Of a stretch of 64,000 bases of DNA, positions 12,090 to 24,874 are shown one piece after another. Under the pieces are notes generated by a model, which did no database searches, had not been told where the DNA came from, and saw nothing but the letters and a program-made list of their open reading frames with translations. A program made the position numbers and the translations under genes. Within the stretch, counting starts at the first letter, position 1. The number at the start of each line of letters is the position of its first letter. The DNA is from Octopus sinensis (lineage: Eukaryota): NCBI RefSeq assembly GCF_006345805.1, contig NC_043026.1, forward strand, positions 14,053,579 through 14,117,578, read 5' to 3'.

Positions 12090-12478
12090 GGTGCAGGAGT
12101 GGCTGTGTGGTAAGTAGTTTGTTTACCAACCACATGGTTCTGGGTTCAGTCCCACAGCATGGCACCTTGGGCAAGTGTCTTCTACTATAGCCTTGGGCCG
12201 ACCAAACCTTGTGAGTGGATTTGGTAGATGGAAACTGAAAGAAGCCCATCGTATATATGTATATGTGTGTGCGTGTATGTTTGTGTTTGTCCCCCTAGCA
12301 TTGCTTGACAACCGATGCTGGTTTGTTTATGTCCCCGTCACTTAGCGGTTCGGCAAAAGAGACCGATAGAATAAGTACTGGGCTTACAAAAAGAATAAGT
12401 CCCGGGGTCGAGTTGCTCGATTAAAGGCGGTGCTCCAGCATGGCCGCAGTCAAAAATGACTGAAACAAGTAAAAGAGT
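12090..12478 (+). mobile_element. SINE family A, complete
   Basis: tRNA-like head TGGCTGTGTGGT...GGTTCAGTCCC, internal (TA)/(TG) tract, 3' end GACTGAAACAAGTAAAAGAG. Confidence 0.9.
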
Positions 12479-12764
12479 AAAAGAGAGAGAGAGAGAGTGT
12501 ATCCGTGGAGTTTATATAAAAGAGATGAATAAAAGAAAATGGAATGAACAATATTCCTTCTTCACAATCACTACAATTGTTTCAATATATTTTTTACTCA
12601 TTGTCCTATTGGCGATATTATATAATCAACATTTTTTTGTGTAATCCCTGTTTATGAATGGAAACTGTATCAAAACAATTGCAGTGATTTCAAATAAAGA
12701 ATGTCATTTAATCCATTTTCTATCATATAATAATAATGACAATGATAATCATCATCATCATCAT

Positions 12765-13080
12765 CGTTTAACGTCCGTTCTCCATGCTAGCATGGGTTGG
12801 ACGGTTCGACCGGGGATCTGGGAAGCCAGGAGGCTGCACCAGGCTCCAGTCTTATCTGGCAATGTTTCTACAGCTGGATGCCCTTCCTAACGCCAACCAC
12901 TCCGTGAGTGTAGTGGGTGCTTTTTACATGCCACCTGCACAGGTGCCAGGCGAGGCTGGCAACGGCCACGGTCGGATTGGTGTATTTTATGTGCCACCGG
13001 CACGGAAGCCAGTCAAGGCGGCGCTGGCATCGGCCACGAGTCGGATAGTGCTTTTTACGTACCACCAGACCAGGGATCCT
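12765..13080 (-). mobile_element. Family E element
   Basis: (ATC)n tail then reverse complement of the family E 3' block and repeats. Confidence 0.8.
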
Positions 13081-13104
13081 GGCTGGTTCAATTCGATTTC
13101 GATT

Positions 13105-13137
<33 letters not shown>

Positions 13138-13140
13138 TAA

Positions 13141-13689
13141 TATGCAGTACCAGGCAGTGGTTCTCATGGCTTCTTATCTTAACTGATTGGAAGTGTTATC
13201 ATGTACATTGTTTTGTCTTGGTATAAAAGGTGGGCTACAGCAAATATTCTGCTCAATACCACAGATTTGCTTGTCAGTTGTTTGACCGTAACCAGTCGAC
13301 CATGTCCCTTAGTGGCTGACGATATGTGCATTTCTGATCACGAGCGGAAGTAGTGGGGGAGCATCATAGCCATGTGTTGAGAGGGATTCTTTGGGGTTTG
13401 AATAATTCACCTCTGGAAACATGGTTGGTTCTTTCAACATCCTTAAACAACCCTTATTCAAGGACCTTTTGAGCGGGATGGGTTACTCGACCAGAAGAAA
13501 ATTCTAACTGGGCCCCACCTGCAAGGTCATGTGCTGTTTATCTTGATAAGAGATCACCATGTCGTGCACATATGGTTGTGATGCATGTGCCTGGTGTACC
13601 TTTATCAGACGTGTAGTCATGACGGGTATACTGGGCTTCGTATATTTTACCCCAGTGTCACTTTGATGGCATGCTCTGTTCTCTCACTC

Positions 13690-13722
<33 letters not shown>

Positions 13723-13926
13723 GACTTGCTAATAGAAATTGAAAAAATGTGGCATCTCAAGGCAGCTACAGTACCAGTGATTATAGGATCTCTAGGAATG
13801 ATAAAAAAAGGTACTGAAACCTATTTGAAAATGATTCCAGGCTTACCATCCCCACAGGAAGTGCAAAAAACCGTATTAACTGGAACGGCTCATGTACTGA
13901 GAAGAGCATTACCGCTGAGAAAATAA
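13141..13926 (+). mobile_element. R4/Dong-type LINE remnants embedded in (TAA)n tracts
   Basis: 13722-13926 encodes KDLLIEIEKMWHLKAATVPVIIGSLGMIKK...QKTVLTGTAHVLRRAL (RLE-domain C-terminus). 13141-13690 is bounded by (TAA)n on both sides and is inferred to be a 3' UTR. Confidence 0.65.
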
Positions 13927-13944
13927 CATCCATCCATGAATTTA

Positions 13945-14155
13945 TTTACTCTTTTACTTGTTTCAGTCATTTGACTGCGGCCATGCTGGAGCACCGCCTT
14001 TAGTCGAGCAAATCGACCCCGGGACTTATTCTTTGTAAGCCCAGTACTTATTCTATCGGTCTCTTTTGCCAAACTGCTAAGTGACGGGGACGTAAACACA
14101 CCAGCATCGGTTGTCAAGCAATGCTAGGGGGACAAACACAGACATACAAACATAT

Positions 14156-14188
<33 letters not shown>

Positions 14189-14355
14189 CATATATACGAC
14201 AGGCTTCTTTCAGTTTCCGTCTACCAAATCCACTCACAAGGCATTGGTCGGCCCCGGGGCTATAGTAGAAGACACTTGCCCATGGTGCCACACAGTGGGA
14301 CTGAACCCGGAACCATGTGGTTGGTAAGCAAGCTACTTACCACACAGCCACTCCT
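13945..14355 (-). mobile_element. SINE family A, complete
   Basis: Reverse complement of the family A consensus. Confidence 0.9.
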
Positions 14356-14514
14356 GTTTATCTGTGAATTTGCGCGTGTAATCTGGGAATGCATACAATG
14401 AGCTTCTCCGCCCTAGGTGTATGGAAAACACTCAGCGAGAAACGGAAGAAAATTTGATATCAATAGTAATTGCAATTGTTTTGATACAGTTTCCATTCAA
14501 TTTTTGCCACTAGG

Positions 14515-15482
14515 ATAGCTTGGAGGAGGTGGGGATGAGTCAGTTACATCAACCCCAGTGTTCAACTGGTACTTATTTTATCGAGCCCAAGAGGATGAGC
14601 AGCAAAGACAACCTCAGCAGACTTTGAACCCAGAATGCAGTGATGCACAAAATACTTCAAAGCATTTCGTCCAGCATGCTAACGAGTCTGCCAGTTCGCC
14701 ACCTTAATAATAATAATAATTATAATCCTTTCTACTGGAAGCACATGGCCTCAAATTTCGGGGAAGAGATTAAGTCGATTACATCAACCCCAGTGTGTAA
14801 CTGGTACTTATTTAATCAAGCCCAAAAGGATGAAAGGCAAAGTCGACCCCAGCAGAATTTGAACTCAGAAGGTGAGGACAGATGAAATACCACTAAGTAT
14901 TTCACCCAGCATGCTAACGATTCTGCCAGCTCACCACCTTAATAATAATAATAATAATCCTGTCTACTGGGAGCACACAGCCTCAAATTTGGGGGAAAAG
15001 GTTAAGTCAATTACATCAACCCCAGTGTGTAACTGGTACTTATTTAATCAAATGTTAGCACACCGGGCGAAATGCTTAGAGGTATTTCGCCCGTTGCTAC
15101 GTTCTGAGTTCAAATTCCGCTGAGGTCGACTTTGCCTTTCATCCTTTCAGGGTCGATTAAATAAGTACCAGTTATGCACTGGGGTCGATGTAATCGACTT
15201 AATACCTATGTCTGTCCTTGTTTGTCCTCTCTGTGTTTAGCCCCTTGTGGGTAATAAAGAAATAGGTACTTATTTAATCAACCCCAAAAGGATGAAAGGC
15301 AAAGTCGACCCCAGCAGAATTTGAACTCAGAAGGTGAGGACAGATGAAATACCACAAGTATTTCACCCAGCATGCTAATGATTCTGCCAGCTCACCACCT
15401 TAATAATAATAATAATCCTTTCTACTGGGAGCACATGGCCTCAAATTTGGGGGAAGAGGTTAAGTCAATTACATCAACCCTT
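14515..15482. mobile_element. Cluster of SINE family D copies (several minus-strand copies plus one nested plus-strand copy at 15052-15264)
   Basis: Core GACTTTGCCTTTCATCCTTT..GGTCGAT..TAAGTACCAG. The nested copy is flanked by a 17-bp direct repeat GGTACTTATTTAATCAA (15035-15051, 15265-15281). Confidence 0.85.
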
Positions 15483-15545
15483 CAACTACTTTTTCCACAG
15501 GTTCCCTCAACCACTAGGGTGGGGCACTTATATATATATATATAT

Positions 15546-16085
15546 CATCATCGTTTAAAGTCCGTTCTCCATGCTAGCATGGGTTGGACGGTTCGACCGG
15601 GGATCTGGGAAGCCAGAAGGCTGCACCAGGCTCCAGTCTGATCTGGCAGTGTTTCTACAGCTGGATGCCTTTCCTAACGCCAACCACTCCGTGATTGTAG
15701 TGGGTGCTTTTTACATGCCACCAGCACAGGTGCCAGGCGAGGCTGGCAACAGCCACGATCGGATTGGTGCTTTTTATGTGCCACCGGCACGGAAGCCAGT
15801 CAAGGCGGCGCTGGCAATGGCCACGTTCGGATGGTGCTTCTTACGTGCCACCGGCACGGAAGCCAGTCAAGGCGACGCTGGCAACAGCCACGTCCGGATG
15901 GTGCTTTTTACGTGCCACCAGCACGGAAGCCAGTCAAGGCGACGCTGGCAACAGCCACGATCGGATGGTGCTTTTTACATGCCACCGGCACGGAAGCCAG
16001 TCAAGGCGGTGCTGGCATCGGCCACGTTCGGATGATGCTTCTTACGTGCCTCTGGCCCAGGGATCACAACTACAGTTTCCATTGA
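15546..16085 (-). mobile_element. Family E element
   Basis: Several about 62-bp minisatellite units plus the 3' block. Confidence 0.8.
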
Positions 16086-16264
16086 TTTTTGATGTTGGTG
16101 TACTCGACTAAATTCACCATACAACATTCAGAACATGTATGAGTCAATTCCTTGATATATTAAAGCTGTAATCGATGCTAAAAGTGGATGGACTCTATGT
16201 TGAGTAGCAAAACTTATAATTAACAACAACACCAGTGAACGTAGGTGAGAGAGATACTACTTAC

Positions 16265-16340
16265 ATGAACGGCCTGGTCCAGCTTGGTGCAACTCTGATT
16301 GTACGCCGTTTCCAAATCAACACAATGAGCCCGGCTTTCC
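16265..16340 (-). CDS. RNF207: RNF207 coding exon 5
   Basis: GGTTTGCAG|GGAAAGC...GTTCAT|GTAAGT; ESRAHCVDLETAYNQSCTKLDQAVH; 76 nt, phase 2 to 0. Confidence 0.93.
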
Positions 16341-16386
16341 CTGCAAACCACAGCAAACAAATTAGAAAAACACTTTTAGTTACCTA

Positions 16387-16710
16387 CAAGCAGTATCGCC
16401 CGGCTTTGCTCGCGTTTGTAAGGGAAATAACTACATAAGCATTTTTAGAGAGTTATAGCCAAAAAATAGCAAAAAAATGCATTAAAAATGGAAAAAAAAT
16501 GATGGTAATTTTTTTTAAATTCGTTGACACATCGTAGACATTTTTAGAGAGTTACTTCCCTTATATAATAGTGAAAAAATTCATTAAAATGGAAAAAAAT
16601 TATGGTAAATTTTTTTTAAAAATCGTTGATTCATCGTAGACATTTTTAGAGAGTTACTTCCCTTATATAATAGTGAAAAAATGCATTAAAATGGAAAAAA
16701 ATTATGGTAA
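16387..16710 (-). mobile_element. Non-autonomous Helitron fragment (same family as 30387-31490)
   Basis: Degenerate CTAG terminus plus hairpin CGCCCGGCTTTGCTCGCG and about 100-bp internal repeats. Confidence 0.75.
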
Positions 16711-16859
16711 GCTGCTGCTTATTCCATCAACCTTGGAAGAATGAAGGAAAAATTAGACCTCAGCAGAATTTGAACTCCGAACAAAGAGACGGATGAAATG
16801 CAATTAAGCATCTCGTTCAGTGTGCTAATGATTCTGCCAACTCAATGCCATACTCTCTT

Positions 16860-17066
16860 ACTCTTTTTTTTACTTGTTTCAGTCATTTGACTGCGGCCAT
16901 GCTGGAGCACCGCCTTTTAGTCGAGCAAATCGACCCCGGGACTTATTCTTTGTAAGCCCAGTACTTATTCTATCGGCCTCTTTTGCCGAACCGCTAAGTG
17001 ACGGGGACGTAAACACACCAGCATCGGTTGTCAAGCAATGCTAGGGGGGCAAACACAGACACACAA

Positions 17067-17129
<63 letters not shown>

Positions 17130-17415
17130 TACGACAGGCTTCTTTCAGTTTCCGTCTACCAAATCCACTCACAAGGCATTGGTCGGCCTGGGGCTATAGT
17201 AGAAGACACTTACCCAAGGTGCCACGCAGTGGGACTGAACCCGGAACTATGTGGTTGGTTAGCAAGCTACTTACCACACAGCCGCACCAAATCCACTCAC
17301 AAGGCATTGGTCGGCCCGGGGCTATAGTAGAAGACACTTACCCAAGGTTCCACGCAGTGGGACTGAACCCGGAACCATGTGGCTGGTTAGCAAGCTACTT
17401 ACCACACAGCCACTC
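16860..17415 (-). mobile_element. SINE family A with a duplicated 5' part
   Basis: Reverse complement of family A; the segment CCAAATCCACTCAC...CCACACAGCC occurs twice. Confidence 0.85.
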
Positions 17416-17804
17416 GATAATAATAATAATAATAATGATGGTTTCAAATCTTGCCACGATTTTTGGGGAGAGGATGAGTCGATTACAGACCCCAAAGTTC
17501 AACTGGTACATAATTTATCAACCCTGAAAGGATGAAAGGCAAAGTCAACCTCGGCGGAATTTGAACTCAGAGCGTAGCAATGGGTGATTTGGCATGATTT
17601 CTACAGCTAATTACCCTTCCTAATGCCAACCACTCCAAGAGTGTAATGGGTCCTTTTACATTCCACAGGCACAGGTGCCAGTTATGTGACACCAATGCAA
17701 TGATCACACGCTACACACCTTCCTTCCAAGCACTGCTATAAACAGCAGAAGCATCACGCCCAGCGTACAAATGATTCTGCTAGCCCACTGTCTTAAATAA
17801 TAAT

Positions 17805-18432
17805 CATCATCATCATCGTTTAGCGTCCGCTTTCTATGCTAGCATGGGTTAGACGGTTCAACTGGGGTCTGGGAAGCCAGAGGGTTGCACCAAGCCCAGT
17901 CTGATCTGGCAAAGTTTCTATGGCTGGATGCCCTTCCTAACGCCAACCACTCCATGAGTGTAGTGGCTGCTTTTTACGTGCCACCGGCACAGAGGCCAGA
18001 TGAGGCTGGCAAACAGCCACGATCAGATGGTGCTTTTTATGTGCCACCAGCACAGGTGCCAGACGAGGCTGGCAAACGGCCACGATCGGATGGTGCTTTT
18101 TTCGTGCCACCGGCACAGAGGCCAGTTGAGGCTGGCAAACGGCCACGATCGGAGGGTGCTTTTTACGTGCCACCGGCACAGAGGCCAGATGAGGCTGGCA
18201 AACGGCCACGATCGGATGGTGCTTTTTACGTGCCACCGGCACGGAGGCCAGACGAGGCTGGCAATCGGCCACGATCGGATGGTGCTTTTTACGTGCCACC
18301 GGCACAGAGGCCAGACGAGGCTGGCAAACGGCCACGATCGGATGGTGCTTTTTTCGTGCCACCGGCACAGAGGCCAGGCGAGGCTGGCAGACGGCTACGA
18401 TCGGATGGTGCTTTTTACATGCCACCAGCACG
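17805..18432 (-). mobile_element. Family E element with 7-8 copies of a 63-bp minisatellite
   Basis: The unit translates as a 21-aa repeat (DGAFYVPPAQRPDEAGKRPRS) seven times plus a partial. Confidence 0.85.
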
Positions 18433-18553
18433 GAATATTTAATGAGTCCTCGTTACTCACAAGAATTTCATTTCTAACCCTACTTGGGGTAATTTACCCC
18501 TGCTTTAACCCATCCCAGCACAGAACAACTGAACAAAAAGCAAAAATACTTAC

Positions 18554-18635
18554 ACTTTCATATCTCGGAAACATTTGATGCAGACCATGACTTTCTTCTC
18601 AGTAGAGAACATAATGAATTGCTCTCCGTGGAGAG
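18554..18635 (-). CDS. RNF207: RNF207 coding exon 4
   Basis: CTATTGCAG|CTCTCC...GAAAGT|GTAAGT; (A)LHGEQFIMFSTEKKVMVCIKCFRDMK; 82 nt, phase 1 to 2. Confidence 0.93.
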
Positions 18636-19111
18636 CTGCAATAGAGAGAGAAAGAGAGAGGGTAAGAGATAAAGGTGGTGGAAAGTGAGAGAGAGAGAGA
18701 GAGATGTATGTATATGTGGTGGGAAGAGGGCGGGAGGAAAAGAAACTAAGAGATATGTGATGGTGAGAGAGAGAGGGAGAGAGAGAGAGGGAGACATGGT
18801 GGTGGTAGTGGGAGTAGGGAACTGGGAATAAACACTAAAAGGAAATAATGCACACACACACACAAACGCACAAACACACACACACACATACAAACACACA
18901 CAAACACATACAAACACACACACACAAACACATACAAACGCACACACACACACACACACACATACAAACACACACACAAACACACACACACAAACACACA
19001 CACAAACACACACACACACACACAAACACAAACAAAGAAAGTAGAACACTGGAAATTGCTTTTAAAGAAGAAACTAATCTGTCTGTCTATCTATCTATCT
19101 ATCTGTCAATG

Positions 19112-19156
<45 letters not shown>

Positions 19157-19313
19157 TATGTATATATATAATATATGTATATATATATATTATTATAATA
19201 TATAATATATATTATATATATATGTATATTATAATATAATATATATATTATATATACATGTATATATTATATATATATATTATATATTATATATATATAT
19301 ATATATACATATA

Positions 19314-19354
<41 letters not shown>

Positions 19355-19439
19355 CATGGTATTATTCCAAGGAATAAATGGGTAAAATGCAATCTTCTCA
19401 TCAGGAAAGAAAAGAAAGGGAGCCTATCTCAACAACAAG

Positions 19440-20225
19440 ACATTATAACAATTACGATGACTGCTTAAATGATAAACAGAATGTTATTAAGTAGTTAAAA
19501 AAACCGTTAGTAGAATTGACGTGAAAGGCAGATAGTAGGAAGAGAAGGGTTAAAGAAATAATAAGTAGAGAACAAATAAAGGGGAATACGTTGGTTGAAA
19601 AAATGTTCGAAGGCTTAGAAGTAGATTTCTCTATTGAAGTAAAGTGCAAGTTAAACTAACTGTTCAAACTATAAAGACTGGCGAAATCACATATATGAGC
19701 TAAAGGTATGTTTCTGCCGGTGTTTACATTTGTAAGATCGCTTTATGAGTGTGTAAACAAGGTGATTCTTAGAGAAGAGAATATGGAAGAGTTCAGAGTT
19801 GCAAATGTTACAAAATCCCTTGCCCTTATCGTAAGGAAAAGATACGGACAGGATGAACCAATCTAACTTAAAATCATTATTGTTGTCTTTAAGATGCCAA
19901 ACCACTATGTGGACACCCTTATGCTAGAAATAGATCCGCTATGGTCTTACCACTAAGAAATGTTCTCAAGAAGAATTTAGCAAAACAACCGATATATCTT
20001 TCTACTTATTCTACAAAACATTTCAACGCTTGCTAAATTCTTCTTGAGAACATTTCTTAGTGGTAAGACCATAGTGGATCTATTTCTAGCATAAGGGTGC
20101 CCACATTGTGGTTTTCCTCTAATATATATATAATACAATTTTATTGAACTTTCAGTTTTTTTATATGCTAGACCATTGGTGTGAAATCGATGTTAATTAA
20201 ATTAATATCTAATTTCTCACCCTCA
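19440..20225 (-). mobile_element. Penelope-like element 3' remnant (GIY-YIG C-terminus) with a 75-bp inverted repeat
   Basis: VWHLKDNNNDFKLDWFILSVSFPYDKGKGFCNICNSELFHIL resembles the endonuclease ORF at 56273. Inverted arms at 19909-19983 and 20030-20104. Confidence 0.7.
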
Positions 20226-20243
20226 TTTTAAATAAAAAAAATT

Positions 20244-20271
<28 letters not shown>

Positions 20272-20274
<3 letters not shown>

Positions 20275-20660
20275 GAAGACCTGTTGAGGCAAGTGAAAAT
20301 CAAAATCAAAATCAATATCGTATCTGTCAACATCAATGGAATTTGTAGCTGTGATACCAGTGCCGGTGGCACCTAAGAGAACCATCCGAACGTGGCCGTA
20401 GCCAGAGCCGCCCGACTGGCATCCGTGCCGGTGGCACGTAAAAAGCACCATCCGATCATGGCCGTTTGCCAGCCTCGTCTGGCACATAAAAAGCACCCAC
20501 TACACTCACGTAGTGGTTGGCGTTAGGAAGGGCATCCAGCTGTAGAAACACTGCCAGATCAGACTGGGCCTGGAGCAGCCTTCTGGCTTCCCAGACCCCA
20601 GCTGAACCGTCCAACCCATGCCAGCATGGAAAACGGATGTTAAACGATGATGATGATGAT
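20272..20660 (+). mobile_element. Family E element
   Basis: Runs from TGTGAAGACC...GGCAAGTGA through the repeats to the (GAT)n tail. Confidence 0.8.
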
Positions 20661-21184
20661 ATATATATATATAGTTTTTTAATAATTCCTTCTGGAAATT
20701 ATCTTGAGAATATATAATATATTTGTTGCAATCTTTTGTGCCCAATATTTCAATGAACTTTTTTATGTTCTTAACATGCTCTTGTCACCAAAGAATGTAT
20801 ATGTATATATGTATTGTAGTACTCTGTGTCAACCAATATTCTGTGCATGTTTGAATATACAGATACAATACCAATATCCGACTGAACTTTTTAATAATTC
20901 CTTCTGGAAACTATCTTTAACATGTTCTTGAGAATGATTATTTATGTTGTAATCTTTTGTGCCCAATATTTTAAGGAACTTGTTAAACTTTTTTGTGTCT
21001 TTAACAAGTCCTTGTTACCAAAGACTGTATATATGTAATGTAGCATTTTGTAACAACCAATAATTAACACAACCAAACTTCTACATGTTACTTTTGACAC
21101 TCTTTTTCCAAAGAGTGAAACCAGTAAAGTAAATAAACATCTTTTAAAATTGCATTTTCAAACCTTCTTTCGTATATATATATG

Positions 21185-21564
21185 TGGAAGCACTCCGTCG
21201 GTTACGACGATGAGGGTTCCAGTTGATCCGATCAACGGAACAGCCTGCTCGTGAAATTAACGTGTAAGTGGCTGAGCACTCCACAGACACGTGTACCCTT
21301 AATGTAGTTCTCGGGGATATTCAACGTGACACAGAGAGTGACAAGGCCGGCCCTTTGAAATACAGGTACAGCAGAAACAGGAAGTAAGAGTGAGAGAAAG
21401 TTGTGGTGAAAGAGTACAGCAGGGATCACCACCATCCCCTGCCAGAGCACGTGGAGCTTTAGGTGTTTTTGCTCAATAAACATACACAACGCCCAGTCTG
21501 GGAATCGAAACCACGATCCTTCGGCCGCGAGTTCGCTGCCCTAACCACTAGGCCATTGCGCTTC

Positions 21565-21566
<2 letters not shown>
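21185..21566 (-). mobile_element. SINE family B, complete
   Basis: Reverse complement of 36810-37193. Confidence 0.9.
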
Positions 21567-21597
<31 letters not shown>

Positions 21598-21762
21598 TAT
21601 ATATATTATTAATATACTGAACCACTAAAAAAATGCGAGACGTGTGTGACTGTGAAAGTTTGGTGAGAAGAGACTGGGGCCATATCACGCAAGCAGGGGA
21701 AGCCAGTCCTGGCTGTCAGGCAATTTCTGAGAACACATCACCCCTAACATCTGGCGACCTAA

Positions 21763-22925
21763 CTCCCCAGACTGCAACCCCCTTGATTAATATGTGTAGG
21801 GCACAGTTGAGCGAGTGACCAACAAGACTCCTTGTAACACCAAAGATGAACACTGAAGGCAAGGATTTTGGCAGTATTCACCAATTTATAGAAGGAGGCT
21901 ACTCAGAGGAGTTGCAGGAAATTCAGAAGTCGTCTTCTCATGCGTTTTAGTAATAACTCCCCAGACTGCAACCCCCTTGATTAATATGTGTAGGGCGCAG
22001 TTGAGCAAGTGACCAACAAGACTCCTTGTAACACAAAGATGAACACTGAGGCAAGGATTTTGGCAGTATTCACCAATTTATAGAAGGAGGCTACTCAGAG
22101 GAGTTGCAGGAAATTCAGAAGTCGTCTTCTCATGCGTTTTAGTAATAACTCCCCAGACTGCAACCCCCTTGATTAATATGTGTAGGGCGCAGTTGAGCGA
22201 GTGACCAACAAGACTCCTTGTAACACCAAAGATGAACACTGAAGGCAAGGATTTTGGCAGTATTCACCAATTTATAGAAGGAGGCTACTCAGAGGAGTTG
22301 CAGGAAATTCAGAAGTCGTCTTCTCATGCGTTTTAGTAATAACTCCCCAGACTGCAACCCCCTTGATTAATATGTGTAGGGCGCAGTTGAGCGAGTGACC
22401 AACAAGACTCCTTGTAACACCAAAGATGAACACTGAAGGCAAGGATTTTGGCAGTATTCACCAATTTATAGAAGGAGGCTACTCAGAGGAGTTGCAGGAA
22501 ATTCAGAAGTCGTCTTCTCATGGTTTTAGTATAACGACACTCCCAGACTGCACCCCCTTGATTAATATGTGTAGGGCGCAGTTGAGCGAGTGACCAACAA
22601 GACTCCTTGTAACACCAAAGATGAACACTGAAGGCAAGGATTTTGGCAGTATTCACACCATTTATAGAAGGAGGCTACTCAGAGGAGTTGCAGGAAATTC
22701 AGAAGTCGTCTTCTCATGCGTTTTAGTAATAACTCCCCAGACTGCAACCCCCTTGATTAATATGTGTAGGGCGCAGTTGAGCGAGTGACCAACAAGACTC
22801 CTTGTAACACCAAAGATGAACACTGAAGGCAAGGATTTTGGCAGTATTCACCAATTTATAGAAGGAGGCTACTCAGAGGAGTTGCAGGAAATTCAGAAGT
22901 CGTCTTCTCATGGGTTTTAGTAATA
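21763..22925. repeat. Tandem array of six about 194-bp units
   Basis: Unit starts CTCCCCAGACTGC at 21763, 21957, 22149, 22343, about 22540 and 22733. Confidence 0.95.
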
Positions 22926-22962
22926 AAAACAAATACAAATCAATAAGCAAATAATTACTCAC

Positions 22963-23107
22963 CACATCTCTTGTGAACCTCCTTGGTCTTCTTTGAAAGC
23001 AAAATGATTTCGTGCCTGTCGAACATTTTGGCTTTGTGTGTTTCTTCACGGCAAACGCCACATAGGGGTTGACAACATGTGTTACAGAAAAACATATGGC
23101 CTTTATG
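22963..23107 (-). CDS. RNF207: RNF207 coding exon 3 (B-box)
   Basis: CATTTCAG|CATAAA...GATGTG|GTGAGT; HKGHMFFCNTCCQPLCGVCREETHKAKMFDRHEIILLSKKTKEVHKRC; 145 nt, phase 0 to 1. Confidence 0.95.
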
Positions 23108-23240
23108 CTGAAATGTATATTTTCACAGCCAGATATATATATATATATATCAGTAACTTGAATTGAAGATAGTTCATGTCTAAATTAACAAACGACTTCA
23201 CATTATACAACACACAATAAATAAATGAAAATCTTTAAAC

Positions 23241-23995
23241 AGGCGCAGGAGTGGCTGTGTGGTAAGTAGCTTGTCTACCAACCACATGGTTCCGGATTCA
23301 GTCCCACTGCGTGGCACCTTGGGCAAGTGTCTTCTACTATAGCCTCGGGCTGACCAAAGCCTTGTGAGTGGATTTGGTAGGCGGAAACTGAAAGCAGCCT
23401 GTCATATTATATATATATATATACACATAGGAGTGGCTGTGTGGTAAGTAGCTTGTTTACCAACCACATGGTTCCGGGTTCAGTCCCACTGCGTGGCACC
23501 TTGGGCAAGTGTCTTCTACTATAGCCTCGGGCCGAACAAAGCCTTGTGAGTGGATTTGGTAGACGGAAACTGAAAGAAGCCCGTCGTATATATGTATATA
23601 TATATATGTAAGTAGCTTGCTTACCAACCACATGGTTCCGGGTTCAGTCCCACTGCGTGGCACCTTGGGCAAGTGTCTTCTACTATAGCCTCGGGCCGAC
23701 CAAAGCCTTGTGAGTGAATTTGGTAGACGGAAACTGAAAAGAAGCCCGTCGTATATATGTATATATATATATGCGTGTGTGTGTTTGTGTGTCTGTGTTT
23801 GTCACCCTAGCATTGCTTGACAACCAATGCAGGTGTGTTTATGTCCCCGTTACTTATCGGTTCGGCAAAAGAGACCGATAGAATAAGTACTAGGCTTACA
23901 AAAAAAATAAGTCCCGGGGTCGAGTTGCTTGACTAAAGGCGGTGCTCCAGCATGGCCGCAGTCAAATGACTGAAACAAGTAAAAGAGAAAGAGAG
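23241..23995 (+). mobile_element. SINE family A with three tandem 5' halves
   Basis: Head-to-(TA)n segment at 23241, 23428 and 23608, then a single 3' half. Confidence 0.85.
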
Positions 23996-24119
23996 TAAAA
24001 ACCCTGAAGAAGCTGCTTTGATATAGCAGGGCTGCAATTGCCATGGTTACAAATCAGTGCATTAGAAACACATGAAGGTCTATGTGAAGCTGTGTATATA
24101 TAAAGAAATAAAAGGCAAA

Positions 24120-24845
24120 GCTATCATCATCATCATTGTTCGACCGTGGTCGAGACAATGGAATTTACTATGCTACGCCAGACTTCACGGTCCATCATGG
24201 CATTATGGAGGTCCTGTTGCTGGATGCCTGTATCCCTGGAGATTACATCAGGGTAGGAGAGTGTGCGCCCTCTGGTATTGCGAGCAGATGGCTTCCAGAG
24301 GAGAAGAGTAGAAATTACCTCTTTTTCAGCTCTACAACAATGTCCAGCAAACTGGACTCTCCTACCTTTCACAAGAGATGATATGTATGTATGTATATGT
24401 ATATATGTATGTATATATGTATGTATATATATATATGTATGTATATATATATCATCATCATCATTGTTTGACTGTAGTCGAGACAATGGAATTTACCATG
24501 CTGCGCCAGACTTCACGGTCCATCATGGCATTACGGAGGTCCTGTTGCTGGATGCCTGTATCCCTGGAGATTACATCAGGGTAGGAGAGTGTGCGCCCTC
24601 TGGTATTGTGAGTAGATGGCTTCCAGAGGAGAAGGGTAGAAATTGCCTCATTTTCAGCTCTACAACAATGTCCAGCAAACTGGACTCTCCTACCTTTCAC
24701 AAGAGATGACACAGGTGGTAGTTTCCCATATATTTGCATTTTGGTTGGATGGCGCTTCCACGAGAGATTTTGAGCTCTCATAAGGAGGCGAGTGTAGGTT
24801 CCATCCAACCGCCTCTCAAAGCTATGCCACTTCATAATTATGCTT
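24120..24845 (-). mobile_element. RTE-group (RTEX-like) LINE 3' end, tandemly duplicated
   Basis: LDGTYTRLLMRAQNLSWKRH...RRVQFAGHCCRA...LLLWKP...GRTLSY...MMDREVWRS with a (GAT)n tail. The terminal about 250 bp is present twice. Confidence 0.8.
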
Positions 24846-24874
24846 ATTATTGCTATTATCATCATCATCATCAA

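Noticed and set aside
17885-18578. Repeat-protein ORFs (DGAFYVPPAQ.., RKKHHPIVAVCQP..), also 27779-28801 and 15571-16111
   Set aside because: Produced by the 63-bp minisatellite of family E and open on both strands in several frames.
21845-21950. 34-codon ATG-TAG ORF repeated in each 194-bp unit (MNTEGKDFGSIHQFIEGGYSEELQEIQKSSSHAF)
   Set aside because: Short, no recognisable homology or promoter; expected by chance.
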